Source: Neoechinorhynchus agilis (lineage: Eukaryota > Animalia > Acanthocephala). Taken from it: a DNA stretch of 64,000 nt. The position numbers were made by a program, and so were the translations under genes. A model generated the notes under the pieces. It saw only the letters and a list, made by a program, of their open reading frames with translations, was not told the DNA's origin and made no database searches. Location: contig CM121343.1 in assembly GCA_051530055.1 (NCBI GenBank), forward strand, positions 4,372,389-4,436,388, read 5' to 3'. Shown piece after piece: positions 40,191 through 51,977 of the stretch (position 1 is its first letter; each line of letters opens with the position of its first letter).

Positions 40191-40789
40191 ATGGTTCCAC
40201 GGGAAAAGCCGTTATGTAGTGCGTACGGAACCATTTTGTCTATTTACCAGTTAACAAATAACTTTTTGTTAATTTATCGGCATCATGGCCAAATGATGGC
40301 TGAGGATTGACTGGTTTGAATGAAGAAATCGCAGAAAATTAAACCGTTTTGGATTGACTTCTCAAATGTCTAGCATCTTCGATTTTAATATTAAGCGCTA
40401 AGATCTTCAATTCTTAGTAAGTCGAACTTATAGTCGTCGCCTTGGAGCTTAGCAAACTTGTGCTGATATTTAAAGTGTAAGCGTTGTTAAGGATGCACTA
40501 TAAAAAAGGTCAATAAAACATGATAAATCATTTGGGTTCGATTTATAATGAGCGCCTTCATGAATTTCCTATAATTTGCACTTGAAATTAACAAGGACTT
40601 GCTCACTAAGCAACTGCGACCCATTTTTACGAGTTCCAACATTCGTTTAGTCTTTTGAAATTATAATCGTAATGATCGTCGCATTTAAATTTACTTTATT
40701 ACAAAAACACAACCACTTAAATCATTCCGATCATTGTGAATGGTGTTTTGAAATTTTCGTAAATCGGTTTATAAAACCCAGTCGCGCTA

Positions 40790-41927
40790 CACGACGCTCT
40801 TTATATATATTAGGACGATGTCTCTCGCTACCGAAGATCGCTGCTTACCTTCTGAGGACTTCTCCATGCTTCAAGTCGGTACTCACAAGGGATTTCGACA
40901 ACCGCGTTCGATCAACCCTGTCAGAAGTCCTTAACCTACGACTGTCCGACACAGCATGGAAATAGGTGATCCTTCCCATTCGATTCAGCGGTCTTGGCAT
41001 CCAGAGTGCCACCGAGTAGCGATTGCTGCCTTTTCGTCGTCGATTTTGGTCTCTTCAGACCTGGTGCTAAGAATCATCCCACCACACATTCGACACGAGT
41101 CACATCCACCGCCTGAACTGGTCGAAGCGCACGCTCAATGGACGTCAGTGTTCGGACAGGTCGTTCCAACGGAAACAAACTCCCAAAAACGTTGGACTGC
41201 CTTGCTCCACACTGCATATTATCAGCAGCTTCTTAACTCATGCTCATCTCCCACCGATAGAGCTCGTCTCCTGGCAGTCTCAGCTCCACACTCGAGCGAC
41301 GTCTTGAAGGCTTTCCCGGTCACGGCTGTTGGCAAGCCATCACCGTCGCTGTGGGACTTCGGTTGGGCATCGATTTCTCAGGCTCGTATACACGTCGGTG
41401 CGGTGAGACAGTGATCGGGAACTCACGGCCTTGACTGCAAGCGTTCAAACGCTCGCCAAGCACGGCACTCAGCAGTCAACCGCATAATCAAGGAAGCCCT
41501 CTCAGCGGCCGATTTTCCCGCTCGACTCGAACCAGTTGGACTCTCCCGGAACGACGGTAAACGCTCTGATGGAGCGACTCTCCTTCCATTGTGTTCCGGG
41601 AAAATACTGGTTTGGGATTTTACCTACCCCAACACGCTCGCGGCGTCCCATTTACGGGATGCCACCTCAAAGGCGGGAGCAGTCGCCAGTCTCAGCGAGG
41701 AAAAGAAGTGGCATAAGTACTCCTCGCTCGATGGGCATCAATATATATTCACCCCGATTGCGGTGGAAACGCTGGGACGCCTCGGAAAAGAAACCGATTA
41801 TTTCCTTTCTCGACTGGGAAAGATGCTGAAATATGCCACCAGCAGCTTCCTGGTGCAGCGAATGAGCGCGGCGATCCAACGCGGCAATGCCGCGGCCATC
41901 AAGGAAGCTGCCGAACAAACATAACAT
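40790..41927 (+). mobile_element. CRE-like non-LTR retrotransposon C-terminus with restriction-like endonuclease, frameshifted
   Basis: LSDTAW, RARLLAVSAPHSSD, HGLDCK…RHSAVN, DGKRSDG, WDFT, EEKKWHKY, AVETLG, QRGNAAAI. Confidence 0.8.
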
Positions 41928-42407
41928 TTGAAGACAACAAATTTTTATTTACAATCTTGAAATTACTCACATATCGATAATTTACAAGACGGTATCCTCA
42001 AATCCATAATTACGCATTTTGTGATCAAGGAACGCACCAACATTTTAAGAGTAATAACGACCAAATTAGATAAAAATAACAAAAGCATTCTTACTTTTTA
42101 TGGATTGTTAATCAAAATCAATAGCAAACCTAGTTGAGATGCCAGAATCACCCTGCATAACTACAGTATATGAATTTCATATTCCTTACTAACTTGAGAC
42201 AAATTAACCGAAGTATTTGCGGTTGCACATATTAACATATATAAAAAAGACGTGCCTTGGATCTTGAGAATTGCTGAATAATAAGGAAATTTCTCAGTAC
42301 AATCTGATACAACAAAATCAGATATTCTGACTGCAAATTATTCTTAATTCGCATTTGGTAAGTTTAATTTTTTAAATCATATCGAAAAAATCCATCGGGA
42401 TGGTAAA

Positions 42408-42566
42408 TTTTGACTTGCGGTGAAGATAATCATGTTAAAAATCATTTTATTGAACTGAAATATTTCGCGAGGATCTAAGTTTTTAAATACGTGAGCTTCC
42501 CTCGCAAAATATTTACGTACAATAAAATGATTTTTAACCTGGAATTATCTTCACCAGAGGTCAAAA
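42408..42566. repeat. Imperfect inverted repeat (about 65-bp arms), MITE-like
   Basis: ttttgacttgcggtgaagataat…gcgagg versus cctcgc…attatcttcaccagaggtcaaaa, about 85% complementary by eye. Confidence 0.7.
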
Positions 42567-42610
42567 ATATATTAAATGCATTTTTTACCGGTAACCCGGT
42601 TCTACTGATT

Positions 42611-42985
42611 CTGACTTAGGAAATCCCTTCCCCGGCTTTTTTGGTTTTCCTTCTTAGCACGAAGCCACAACGATCTCTTACGTCAGAGAAGTGATTGAAT
42701 CACTTAGACTCGGCTGCATACGATTAAGAGTTTGTACGTAGATCTAAATACCTCCAGGACGCGGGACTCATCAGTGAACTTGTTTCCTTGGGCGGGATTC
42801 GTCTCTTTGGTTGTGCTACGCCATAGGCGATCGTGGATTAGAATCCGGCGGGATGCAAAAAAATCGTATACCGTACGCATCAGAGTTTTAGTGATTCAAT
42901 CACTTCTCTGATGAAAGAGATATGTTTTGGCTTCATGCCAAGACGAAAAACTAAAAAGCCCACAAAGGAATGTCTTAAATCTGAG
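42611..42985 (-). mobile_element. SINE/hammerhead-core copy bracketed by an inverted copy of its own 3' tail
   Basis: Minus strand reads ggattctaatccacgatc…gagacGAAtcccgcc…ttcaCTGATGAgtcc…ggaggtat…; 42871-42985 is a plus-oriented tail matching 42611-42722 in reverse complement. Confidence 0.7.
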
Positions 42986-43216
42986 TTATTCAGAAGTTTT
43001 AAAACCGGAACTCGTCGGGTTAGAATGTTAAACGTCTTTAGTAATGAATCTGAAAGCACAGAAACGACTTTAATAAACTCTTAAAAGGGGTGTTCCAACC
43101 AGCCGGATTCATCAACAGCCATTGATTGAAGGAAACTTATTTGTATTTCCCTCTGTAAACAATGGCCGAAGGTGAATCCGACGAGGTAAGATACGTCTTT
43201 AAAAAGCTCTTTAAAG

Positions 43217-43972
43217 GGTTGTCTGCTTCATGTTGGTGCTATCCCCGGATTTTCTGATTCTTAATGGTCCCATTCCCACCCCAGGTTGTCTCCTTCCTGT
43301 TCATGCCATCCTCGGATTTTCGGTTTCTTAATAGCCATATCCCCACCTAAGGTTGTCTGCTTCCTGTTCATGCCATCCTCGGATTTTCGGTTTCTTAATG
43401 GTCAGTGCCATCCTCGGATTTTCGGTTTCTTAATGGCCATATCCCCACCTCAGGTTGTCTGCTTCCTGTTGGTTCTATCCTTGGATTTTCTGATTCTTAT
43501 GGTCATCCCCACCTAAGGTTGTCTGCTTCCTGTTGGTTCTATCCTTAGATTTTCTGATTCTTAATGGTCAGTGCCATCCTCGGATTTTCGGTTTCTTAAT
43601 GGTCATATCCCCACCTCAGGTAGTCTGCTTCCTGTTGGTTCTATCCTCGGATTTTCTGATTCTTAGTGGTCCCATCCCCACCTAAGGTTGTCTGCTTCCT
43701 GTTGGTTCTATCCTTGGATTTTCTGATTCTTAATGGTCACTGCCATCCTCGGATTTTCGGTTTCTTAATATTCATATCCCCACCTAAGGTTGTATCCTTC
43801 CTGTTGGTGCCATCCTCGGATTCTCTGATTCTTAATGGTCCCATCCCCCCCAAGGTTGTCTCCTTCCTGGTGGTATCATCCTCGGATTTTCTGATTCTCA
43901 ATGGCTTCATCCCCATCCAAGGTTGTCTGCTTCCTGTTGGTGCCAACCTCGGATTTTCTGATTTTAAATGGT
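43217..43972. repeat. Minisatellite, 10 units mixing about 66-bp and 102-bp variants
   Basis: Unit starts at 43217, 43284, 43351, 43453, 43517, 43619, 43686, 43788, 43854 and 43921. Confidence 0.9.
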
Positions 43973-44941
43973 TTAAAAAAGTTCTGTTCTGGTCTTTTGG
44001 GTAAGCACACAAATTCAAAATGAATTACTTAAACTTGGCATTGTAAAGAAAAATCAGTAAACGCAAAGCGTTATTAAATTGGAAATGGAATAGAGAATTT
44101 AACTCTACTTCATAAATTGAATTGTGATTTTTGAATCTAGACAAAGAACCCGATTAGGTAGTAATGCAGCGGGAATCTTAAACGTATCTCAAGAACATAG
44201 ATTCTGTTGACGTCCTTTTTATGGATTATTGAAAATAATAGCTCAACCGTTTGAAATGATGCTCAAAATCATTATATTGAATTCTCATAACGATTTTCGA
44301 CAACATGAAAAGTCGATATGAATTTTAGAGAAGCCTTTGGTCGCTTGTTTTATAAATTCGGTGGTGAATATTGTCAACTGGGCGTTCAATGAATTTGAAG
44401 TGAAATTGCCTTCGGCTCTTTTTCAAAATGAAATTCTCTTAGAAATCCTTGATGACTCATTAACATCTTCTTCATTTCGAATGATAACCTCTTTTGAATT
44501 CAGTAAGGAAACGATGCGTTTGATTAATTGGTGATTGTTTGTCCGTTTAGATGCCATTTTGTTATTGATAACAATCAAATGGGCAACTTTTAGAGTCACA
44601 AAAGCGCAAATTCCCATTTGCTTATTGATACACGAATTTTTGATCGTGTCAAATACATCAAGCAATCGATTAACATTCTTAGTTTCCAGAACATCGTCAG
44701 GAACATCTTTTTCATAAAATCATCGAAAAATAAAGGAAATCATTTTCTGAGCTGTGACCCCGTCACGAATACATTCTTTACTCTCAACGAACTTCAGGAA
44801 TATAGAAACAAAAGCCCTTTTGAACTCCATATCAGGCACAACGAATCGTAAATCCAAGAATATCTCCGAGAGCTCACAATTCATGGATTTTGCGTGCGAA
44901 TTTTGAACTTTTCGCCCTTGAGAATCAATCCCTTGGTGAAA

Positions 44942-45430
44942 TTAGGCTTTTAAATCAACAAATAGACGAAAAAGTCCCCGTGATTCACTGACGGAAAGCA
45001 TCAAGAATTTTGGTATATTCATCGTCTCCACACAAGGTAAGTAATCTTTCCGGTTTTCAACGCTCGAATTTAAAATTTGAAGATTAATAAAGTATTCGAC
45101 TAGCGGTCTAAAGTACTCGAAATGAAAAAGATTAAATAAAAGAAGTTCATTGCATTTGGACAGATCAATAAGATTTTCTTTGAATTTAATGCTTAATGCA
45201 GGCATATCGTTACTTTTGTCTTCACATGCGTCCGGCCATTTCCGAATCCATGTAATGGATATCGAAGCTGTTTTTTCGACGCATAAACTATGCGCCCCGA
45301 AACTGCGGAACTCAAGCATCTTATCTGCTCCGAGACTCCGAAAAGAAAAGGTTTTTCCCAGATGGATAAATTTGATGTCGGTATATTGAATGTAAAATAA
45401 TTTTTTAAAGTTGGAATTTTTGGGCAACAA
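44942..45430 (-). CDS. Hypothetical protein (possibly one exon of a longer gene)
   Basis: 162-codon ORF in AT-rich DNA; no recognised motif. Confidence 0.3.
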   Translation of the reverse strand: MLPKNSNFKKLFYIQYTDIKFIHLGKTFSFRSLGADKMLEFRSFGAHSLCVEKTASISITWIRKWPDACEDKSNDMPALSIKFKENLIDLSKCNELLLFNLFHFEYFRPLVEYFINLQILNSSVENRKDYLPCVETMNIPKFLMLSVSESRGLFRLFVDLKA

Positions 45431-45593
45431 AGAACCGGTTTTGATCGATGCAAGCTAAACCCGTTTGCGTCAATTACTAATAAGGGTTATAATTTTGCAA
45501 AGGAACGTTATAATTGCGTGAAGTCGTATTATGGAAACGGTTGAACTCGAATGGTAGTGAGTTTTAAACAATCACGCGTTATCCCTCGAGATA

Positions 45594-46311
45594 TTAGAGT
45601 CTATACAACTTCTCATATACGTTGGTTTTCGTTGTTCTCCGAATCCGAGGTGAAAAGTAACTCATTGGTCTAGAAGACGATAATGGCGAGAAAAGGTTTG
45701 TGCAACTTCGACTAGGTCTGAGTTCAATTTTTTTGCTCACTAATGTATACTGTCGACTTCGTATATTGTCAGTCATGTCGAAGCCAGGTTTTAAGGGAGG
45801 AATTGCTTCATAAATGGTCTCCTCAGCAAAAAATTCGCCCTCTTCATCCGAGCAAGGTTCCTTGATTATTGATTTGCTTACACTAGCGATCGATGATGAT
45901 GAGAAAAAGCCCAAATATTGACGATCCCTAGAACACGCTGGTTGTTTCACTGGTTATTTTTGAAGGTTGTCTCATTGAGGCATGGAGAAACGAATCGACG
46001 GACTCTACTCTTAAACATTGATTGAATTTCATGTCTTTTGCATAGGGATTCTTTGAAAGACTAGCTTGCCTGGCTGATATAGAGACATCTTTGTCAGATT
46101 GAAGTTTTTCATATCGATGTAGTGGACGACTGCCAGTGTAGTAGCTTTGTGATATACGGTTGCTTTGCCTTGGCGAAATTTCTGTGTTCAAGCGTGATCG
46201 GCTCGGCCACAATCCACTTCTTTTTGTCATTAAAGTTTCTGGCGAATTGAGTTCCCATTTATACAATCCATAGAGGTTATTTGGATCCAGATTATTGGCA
46301 GCTGAGAACAT
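45594..46311 (-). CDS. Ser/Arg-rich low-complexity protein in two overlapping ORFs, with recurrent Tyr motifs
   Basis: ORFs of 127 and 118 codons overlapping at 45928-45950; YEKL twice, YEAI, LYGL. Confidence 0.35.
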
Positions 46312-47070
46312 TTGTAAATGTGTGTGTGTGTCTACAATGGATTTGGAGTTTCTACTACTGAAGTGACGCCATCTATAAATTGTGGAACTAACTTGCTCAA
46401 GTATAGGTAGTGCCGGTTATGGGGTACGTGCTGCCGTCACCCACTAGGTTATGAAGTGCCATCCTTACACCCAAAAGCAGAATGTGTCATTTCTCAGCTC
46501 CATCATCGCCCCAAAGAGCCATCGTTTTCTACTGCTGCTGCTGCTGCGCCATTTCCACTTTTTGCGTTCCCACGACTCCCCGCACATTCTAAGCACTCAC
46601 ATGCACTTACGTGGAACTTAAATGGATGCCACTGATCGTGTACTGAGAAAGTTGTTCTGCCTCTTTACATTCGCGCCCTTCGACATTTCATAGTGCATTT
46701 TTGTGCCCTTCTTCAAAACTACCACCTCCACTGATCAACCACAATGAACGCAATTTACTTAAGCAAAATAACTTTTATTGACATTTTGTGACGGCATTTC
46801 TCACATTGAACATGGAGAAAATGGACTTAAAAGCACATCGTGATAAAACAGCGGCATAAAACTCATACATTAAGGCAGAACTTGGCAGCGAGAAAAAACG
46901 ATTATGTTCAATCTATCTGGATTGTGTTGATCGCCCTCTCCCTAGTACCGCCGAAATAGTTGGCGATTGAGGATGACGATGGAAGCATGGACGATTACAG
47001 TCTATAAAATAGGCGCGCTCGTTTCCGTGTACACTCATTCGATTGTAAATCACTATTGGTAATTGGTGTC

Positions 47071-48599
47071 CTAGAGGTTCAAGGCTTTTACGTGTCGGTT
47101 TCCTGTAAAATGCACGATAGAAAAAATGGAAAAAGCGATATACTTACGGTAAAAGCGCATCCGGAGCCGTGAACCAGATTCTGTTTCTATTTTGCGGGTT
47201 GTATATCCTTGAGCTGTACTCGAAGACGTTAATGAGCAAATATCGGTGCTCTGCACAGCAAAGATTCCAAATCCATCAAGCATTAGACGTTGGAATCACT
47301 GCCATAGAAAATGTGTTCATGTGCTTTGTCAGCATGTGCCTCCTGAACTAAAATCCGTAATCGAAAGTAGTAAATTTATTACTCGAACAGTACTTACGCG
47401 AAAATAGCAGCCGATTTCATAAAACGGGCATTTGATCACTGTCATTGGACAATTTCCTACGATCGGATCGATATGTTTGAAAATAATTTCTCTCTTATTC
47501 CAATATTCATTACACTGCGCGCACTCCATAGGAAAATGTTTGCAGTCGAACGCCAAGTGGTACTAGTGGAGAATTGTAATCAACAAAACATTTTTTAGCA
47601 CAATGATCAAAGTATTTTATTGAGGATTGCATTCGGGCGTGGATAGATGATATATTGTCGTTATTTAGGTCGCTTATTGATGACACCCCACCGGAGGGAT
47701 CATTAAAGACAAATGAATATACGTCGACTGATTTTATGAGTCATCTTATCAATTTTATTGTTTAGGTGTTTTATTCGGCTCAATTGAACAGTCGACGTGT
47801 ATACATTCGTCTCTTTAACGCGATCTCTCCCCTCGGATGTTCATAAGCGACCTAAACAACAAGATGATCAAAGTATGAAAACTCATTGGAAAAAAATTCT
47901 TGAAACTCTTTGGTTCAATGAGGATGCAATTGTTAATAGGGCACAAGTCAGTCTGGAAAGCAAAGTATCCTTACAGTCATTCGAGAATGGTTCACTTGAA
48001 TTGCACAAAATTGGCAAGGTACTCGTCTGAATTTACAAACAACAAGATGGTTCCCTAAATCGGACCTTCGGATTCGTTCGTTACATGCATCATTAGTGCA
48101 TTTGATCACCATCATTGGACACGACTTGGTGTGATTCTAGATCACATGGAGGTTTTTTTTCAAAATTAAAGGATTACACAAACGTCTACCTCGAGTTCTC
48201 TGTATTCACCTTTCCATTTGCAATCCTCATCGGCTATGCAATTGACTAATAAAGACTTAATTTCTCGTTCAAATGCCACATCATTGAAAACTTTATAGGT
48301 GTTCGTATTGTCCAGTGGACACCTTCGTGTACGGAAATTCCGATCGCTACAATTATTTATAATTGATATTGCCGAGTGAAAGTATTATTACCTATTGGAT
48401 CTTTCATAACATTCTCTACAAAATCGATGACCACATGAAGTTTGAATTGGCTGCTTCATCAGTTCAAAGCATATAGGGCATGTAAAAATGTTGTCTTCGT
48501 AAGGGGTGCCGCATGGCACCCTTAAGGCTACCTATTAATTCCAGAGCGACACAGAATACTCAACAATATAAATCTTACTGAAATCCTGCTCATTACCAT
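47071..48599 (-). CDS. TRAF-like protein: RING plus several TRAF-type zinc fingers, divergent or broken MATH-like C-terminus; multi-exon
   Basis: Hand-spliced exons give CPICFELMKQPIQTSCGHRFCREC, CPLD…DVAFEREIKSLLVNC…CKWKG, CPMMVIKC…C…HL..C, CQFC, HLAFDC…CAQC, CPFYEIGC; GT-AG introns of about 45-50 nt and about 410 nt. Confidence 0.8.
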
Positions 48600-50162
48600 A
48601 AAGTAAATCTCGATTTTTGATCACCGCACAACGTAAAATCGTTAAAATTTTAATACTTCACCGAACGTGCGTGATTATGATAATGGTCGACGTTATGGCA
48701 AATGATGTGGTCGCTTGGTTTAGCAAAAATTTAAACACTCACAAACACAAACACAGTTTCGACCAGAGTGCCAAAACGTAAAAACACAAGTTTGCGATTG
48801 AAGACCAAAAACTAGTTGAATCTACATTTTAAACAGCTTGCGGAGTAATCTTCATGCAACAAAATATGCGAAATAAGAAATTATACCAAAAAAAATCACC
48901 AATTTTTAAATTCACCGATAAGAACGGGTGCAAAGTGTTTTAGCGTTACGGGCAGTTATTCCCTTTATTATCGAGGAACATTTTTGTAAGCACACATCAA
49001 CTTTTACATTTACGAATCAGGAGGAAACCATCGTCAGGATAATCTCAGCCGCGAATATGCTCTACTCACTGTAGTTTATGATCCATTAGCTACAACGAAT
49101 GCATCCGAATTCCTTCCTTGAAATGTTACAATTTAAGAGATTTTTTTAAGGGTCCAGAAGTTTATAACGAAAACTAATCCTAATTATATGATGGGAACGA
49201 TCCCCTTTTGCTTCGAAGATGCATTTAGCATTCCCTTTCTCAATTGCACAGCAAACTCGAAACATTGGTCAATTTGTAGAACTCTCATTTGATAACAAGC
49301 CATTTATGGCATCGTACTAAAAAGATATGTACCGAACATTTTGCGTACCTCGATTTTCATGGAAGAGTGACAGAGTAATACAACTTAAAGCGATCAACAA
49401 GATGATCATGTTAATGTAATTTTTAATCAAGGAATACATATTTGAAGGTTCATAATTCAAGTATCATGAGCTGGCTAAAGAGACAAATTTTAGGCAAAAT
49501 TGCATCTGATTTGAGATGACGAAAACGGCTGATTTCCGAAATCACATGGAAAATATTGAAATGAAGCGCAGGTTCATTTTTTACACTTATCGGCCGCAGC
49601 AGGAATATATTGAGAGATTTGATATCAATTAAATACTCAAAGGCTTATCGAAGCCTTTTAAGAATAATTGATGGTTATTATTAATTAATTGTTAACTGTG
49701 TGTATGTGGAAGCGACATACGTTCCCTTCAATTTTTCGGCGGGCTGTATGGCAACAGATTAACATTCGCGAAAAATCATAATGATAAATTTTTAATGAGT
49801 GGAATCCGCGAAAAGCTGTTTGAATTGTAGAAAAAGGAGTTTTAAATTCTGTCAACCAATTTCATCTTTTTTTTAACATTTAAATAAAGTTGACTAACTC
49901 ATTCTTGTTTAACGCTGTTTTACTTATTAACGGCCACTTTTTCAAGTCTGTCTTTATGTGTAATCCAATGCTTGCTTGTTTATTGCAACAAAATTAAAGA
50001 CATTTATTTGTTTTTCGGCACAATCAAGTACAAAATTGTACCGAAATATTGGAACCAATAAATTCTTTTAATTTTGACGCCATAAACAGCAATGAATAGT
50101 CCAATCTTCAAACAATCCAAATTGTGTAAACTGATTTAGATTAATTTGACTACCAATGGTTT

Positions 50163-50432
50163 GTTTTGTTGAAAAGATAATTCATTAGTATTTGTCGATA
50201 GGAGAAAATAAATGAAATTAAGAATTTATTGATTTGATATTTCGATCCACTATCTCGGATCTTCTTCAGCGATTGTTTTTGATGTAGATACTGGTAATCT
50301 CTTGAGTATCTACATCAGAAACGATCGCTGAAGAAGATCCGAGATAGTGGATCGAAATATCAAATCAATAAATTCTTAATTTCATTTATTTTCTCTTATC
50401 GACAAATACCAATGGTTTATCTTAGTTAAAAA
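50163..50432. mobile_element. Large palindrome containing two outward-facing minimal hammerhead motifs (Penelope-like inverted pseudo-LTR)
   Basis: About 105-bp near-perfect arms around ggtaatctcttg; CTGAAGA-A-GATCC…GGATC-GAAA-TAT-C at 50328-50361 (+) and 50236-50269 (-), each followed by AATAAA. Confidence 0.75.
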
Positions 50433-50600
50433 TTGTAGGGCATTGTGGATTAAAAAACTTCGAAAAACAAATAATTTTCTTTTACGGAACCAAGGGAAGA
50501 AATCGACTATATATCGTTGTTGCCATAACAACCGTATTCTTTTTAGTTCATCCTGGATATGAATTCAATCAGTTACGCCAAAAATATCCAGCACCCCCGA

Positions 50601-50990
50601 ATGACTGAAATCGTGTCTTACCTTTACGTTGGATCGAAACGCGATTTGGAATATGTGAAAAAGTACAACAGTTACGATATACAATAAATCTTAAATTGCT
50701 GCGAAGTTGAGAAAACACCGATCGAGGGAGTCGACCGTAATTACATGTTCACAAAAAACGAAACAATCGCCGCCGCGTATTTAATGTTGGGCACGGGAGT
50801 TTCTATAGACGAAGCCTTAAGTGCCATAAAGAATCTACGACCTATTGCCAGACCAAACACTTCATTCCTTAGGCAATTAAATAATTACTCAAGATACCTG
50901 GAAAGTGATTCGAACGACAAAAGGATCGATCTTTTGAATTCGTCGATGTCTCTGAGAGACAGGACGCTGATAAGGAGATTGGCTAGATAA
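50601..50990 (+). pseudogene. Dual-specificity phosphatase pseudogene lacking the HCX5R core
   Basis: MTEIVSYLYVGS…IQ*ILNC…then TIAAAYLM…A…IK..RP.ARPNTSFLRQL in one frame; in-frame TAA and missing D-loop/P-loop segment. Confidence 0.7.
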
Positions 50991-51014
50991 AATTGATTTT
51001 AACATGATTATCCG

Positions 51015-51545
51015 TGTCTCAGTTGGTTGCCTTTTTATCGATTTTGGGCTAAGATTAGGATTTTTACTACCCATCGATTTGTTGTAGGGAAGCGCATGAA
51101 GTCACTTAAAACCCAAGAGCAATACGGTAATGAGTTCTTAGCTTTCCTCCCAATTCTCAAATACCTCCTGAGGAAGCTGGACTCATCAGTGGGTTTCCTA
51201 TTCCATTCAGCGGTGAAACATTCGAACCCCTCGGTCCACTTGACCTCCTCGGCACAACTGCGGAATGTGCCACATTAGCCCGGTAAAAGCTTTTCGACTT
51301 TAAAATCTAATGACTGTCTCAGTTGGTTGCCTTTTTATCGATTTTGCGCTAAGATGAGGATTTTTTACCAAACACGACTGAATTATGGATACACAACCGA
51401 TCGATTTGTTGTAGAGGAGCGCATAAAATAACTTAATACCCAAGAGCAATTCGATAATGAGTTCTTAGCTTTCCTCCGAATTCGAAACTGGACTCAGCGG
51501 TGGGTCTCCTATTCCCTTCAGCGGTAAAGGATTCGAACTCTGAAA
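51015..51545 (-). mobile_element. Head-to-tail tandem dimer (300-bp period) of the SINE/hammerhead-core family
   Basis: Repeat starts at 51015 and 51315; minus strand shows gcagttgtgccgaggaggtcaag (A-box-like), ggggttcgaat/gagttcgaatcc (B-box) and ggaaacccaCTGATGAgtcc…ggaggtatttgag. Confidence 0.7.
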
Positions 51546-51977
51546 CTCTCTGTGTTTGTTTAAGTTTATAAGAACCATAAAATCCTGAAAATATCTCCTT
51601 ACCAAATCATAACTGGAATTATTCATCATATCCTCTCTTTTCATGCGAATACCGAAATTCTCTTCTAATCTTGGAAGTCCCGGAATTATATCCTTCGATA
51701 AACGATTTTTTAGCAACTGAGTACTTGGGTGGGGAACAGGCAACCCATTAGCATCTATAACCACCTTTTTCTTCGCTTCGTTATGAATTTTTCCACAGAA
51801 ACAGGAGCAGAAACTAAACTGATCTTTTCCGCATCACATTCCATGTCCATATCCACACCTCCCCTGTCATCCGGAGGATCAGGGGGTTTGGACAATCCCA
51901 AAACATTACAACTAACCGGAGCACAATTTTTTACTGAAAAAATTTGCGCGCATGCCACGAATCTCGGTTTCAGGGTC

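Noticed and set aside
38426-43972. CRISPR-like reading of the tandem arrays
   Set aside because: The units are contiguous with no unique spacers, in a eukaryotic context with no cas genes.
48900-49750. Minus-strand Leu/Ile-rich, LRR-like coding remnants
   Set aside because: Multiple stops in all frames and no clear repeat register.
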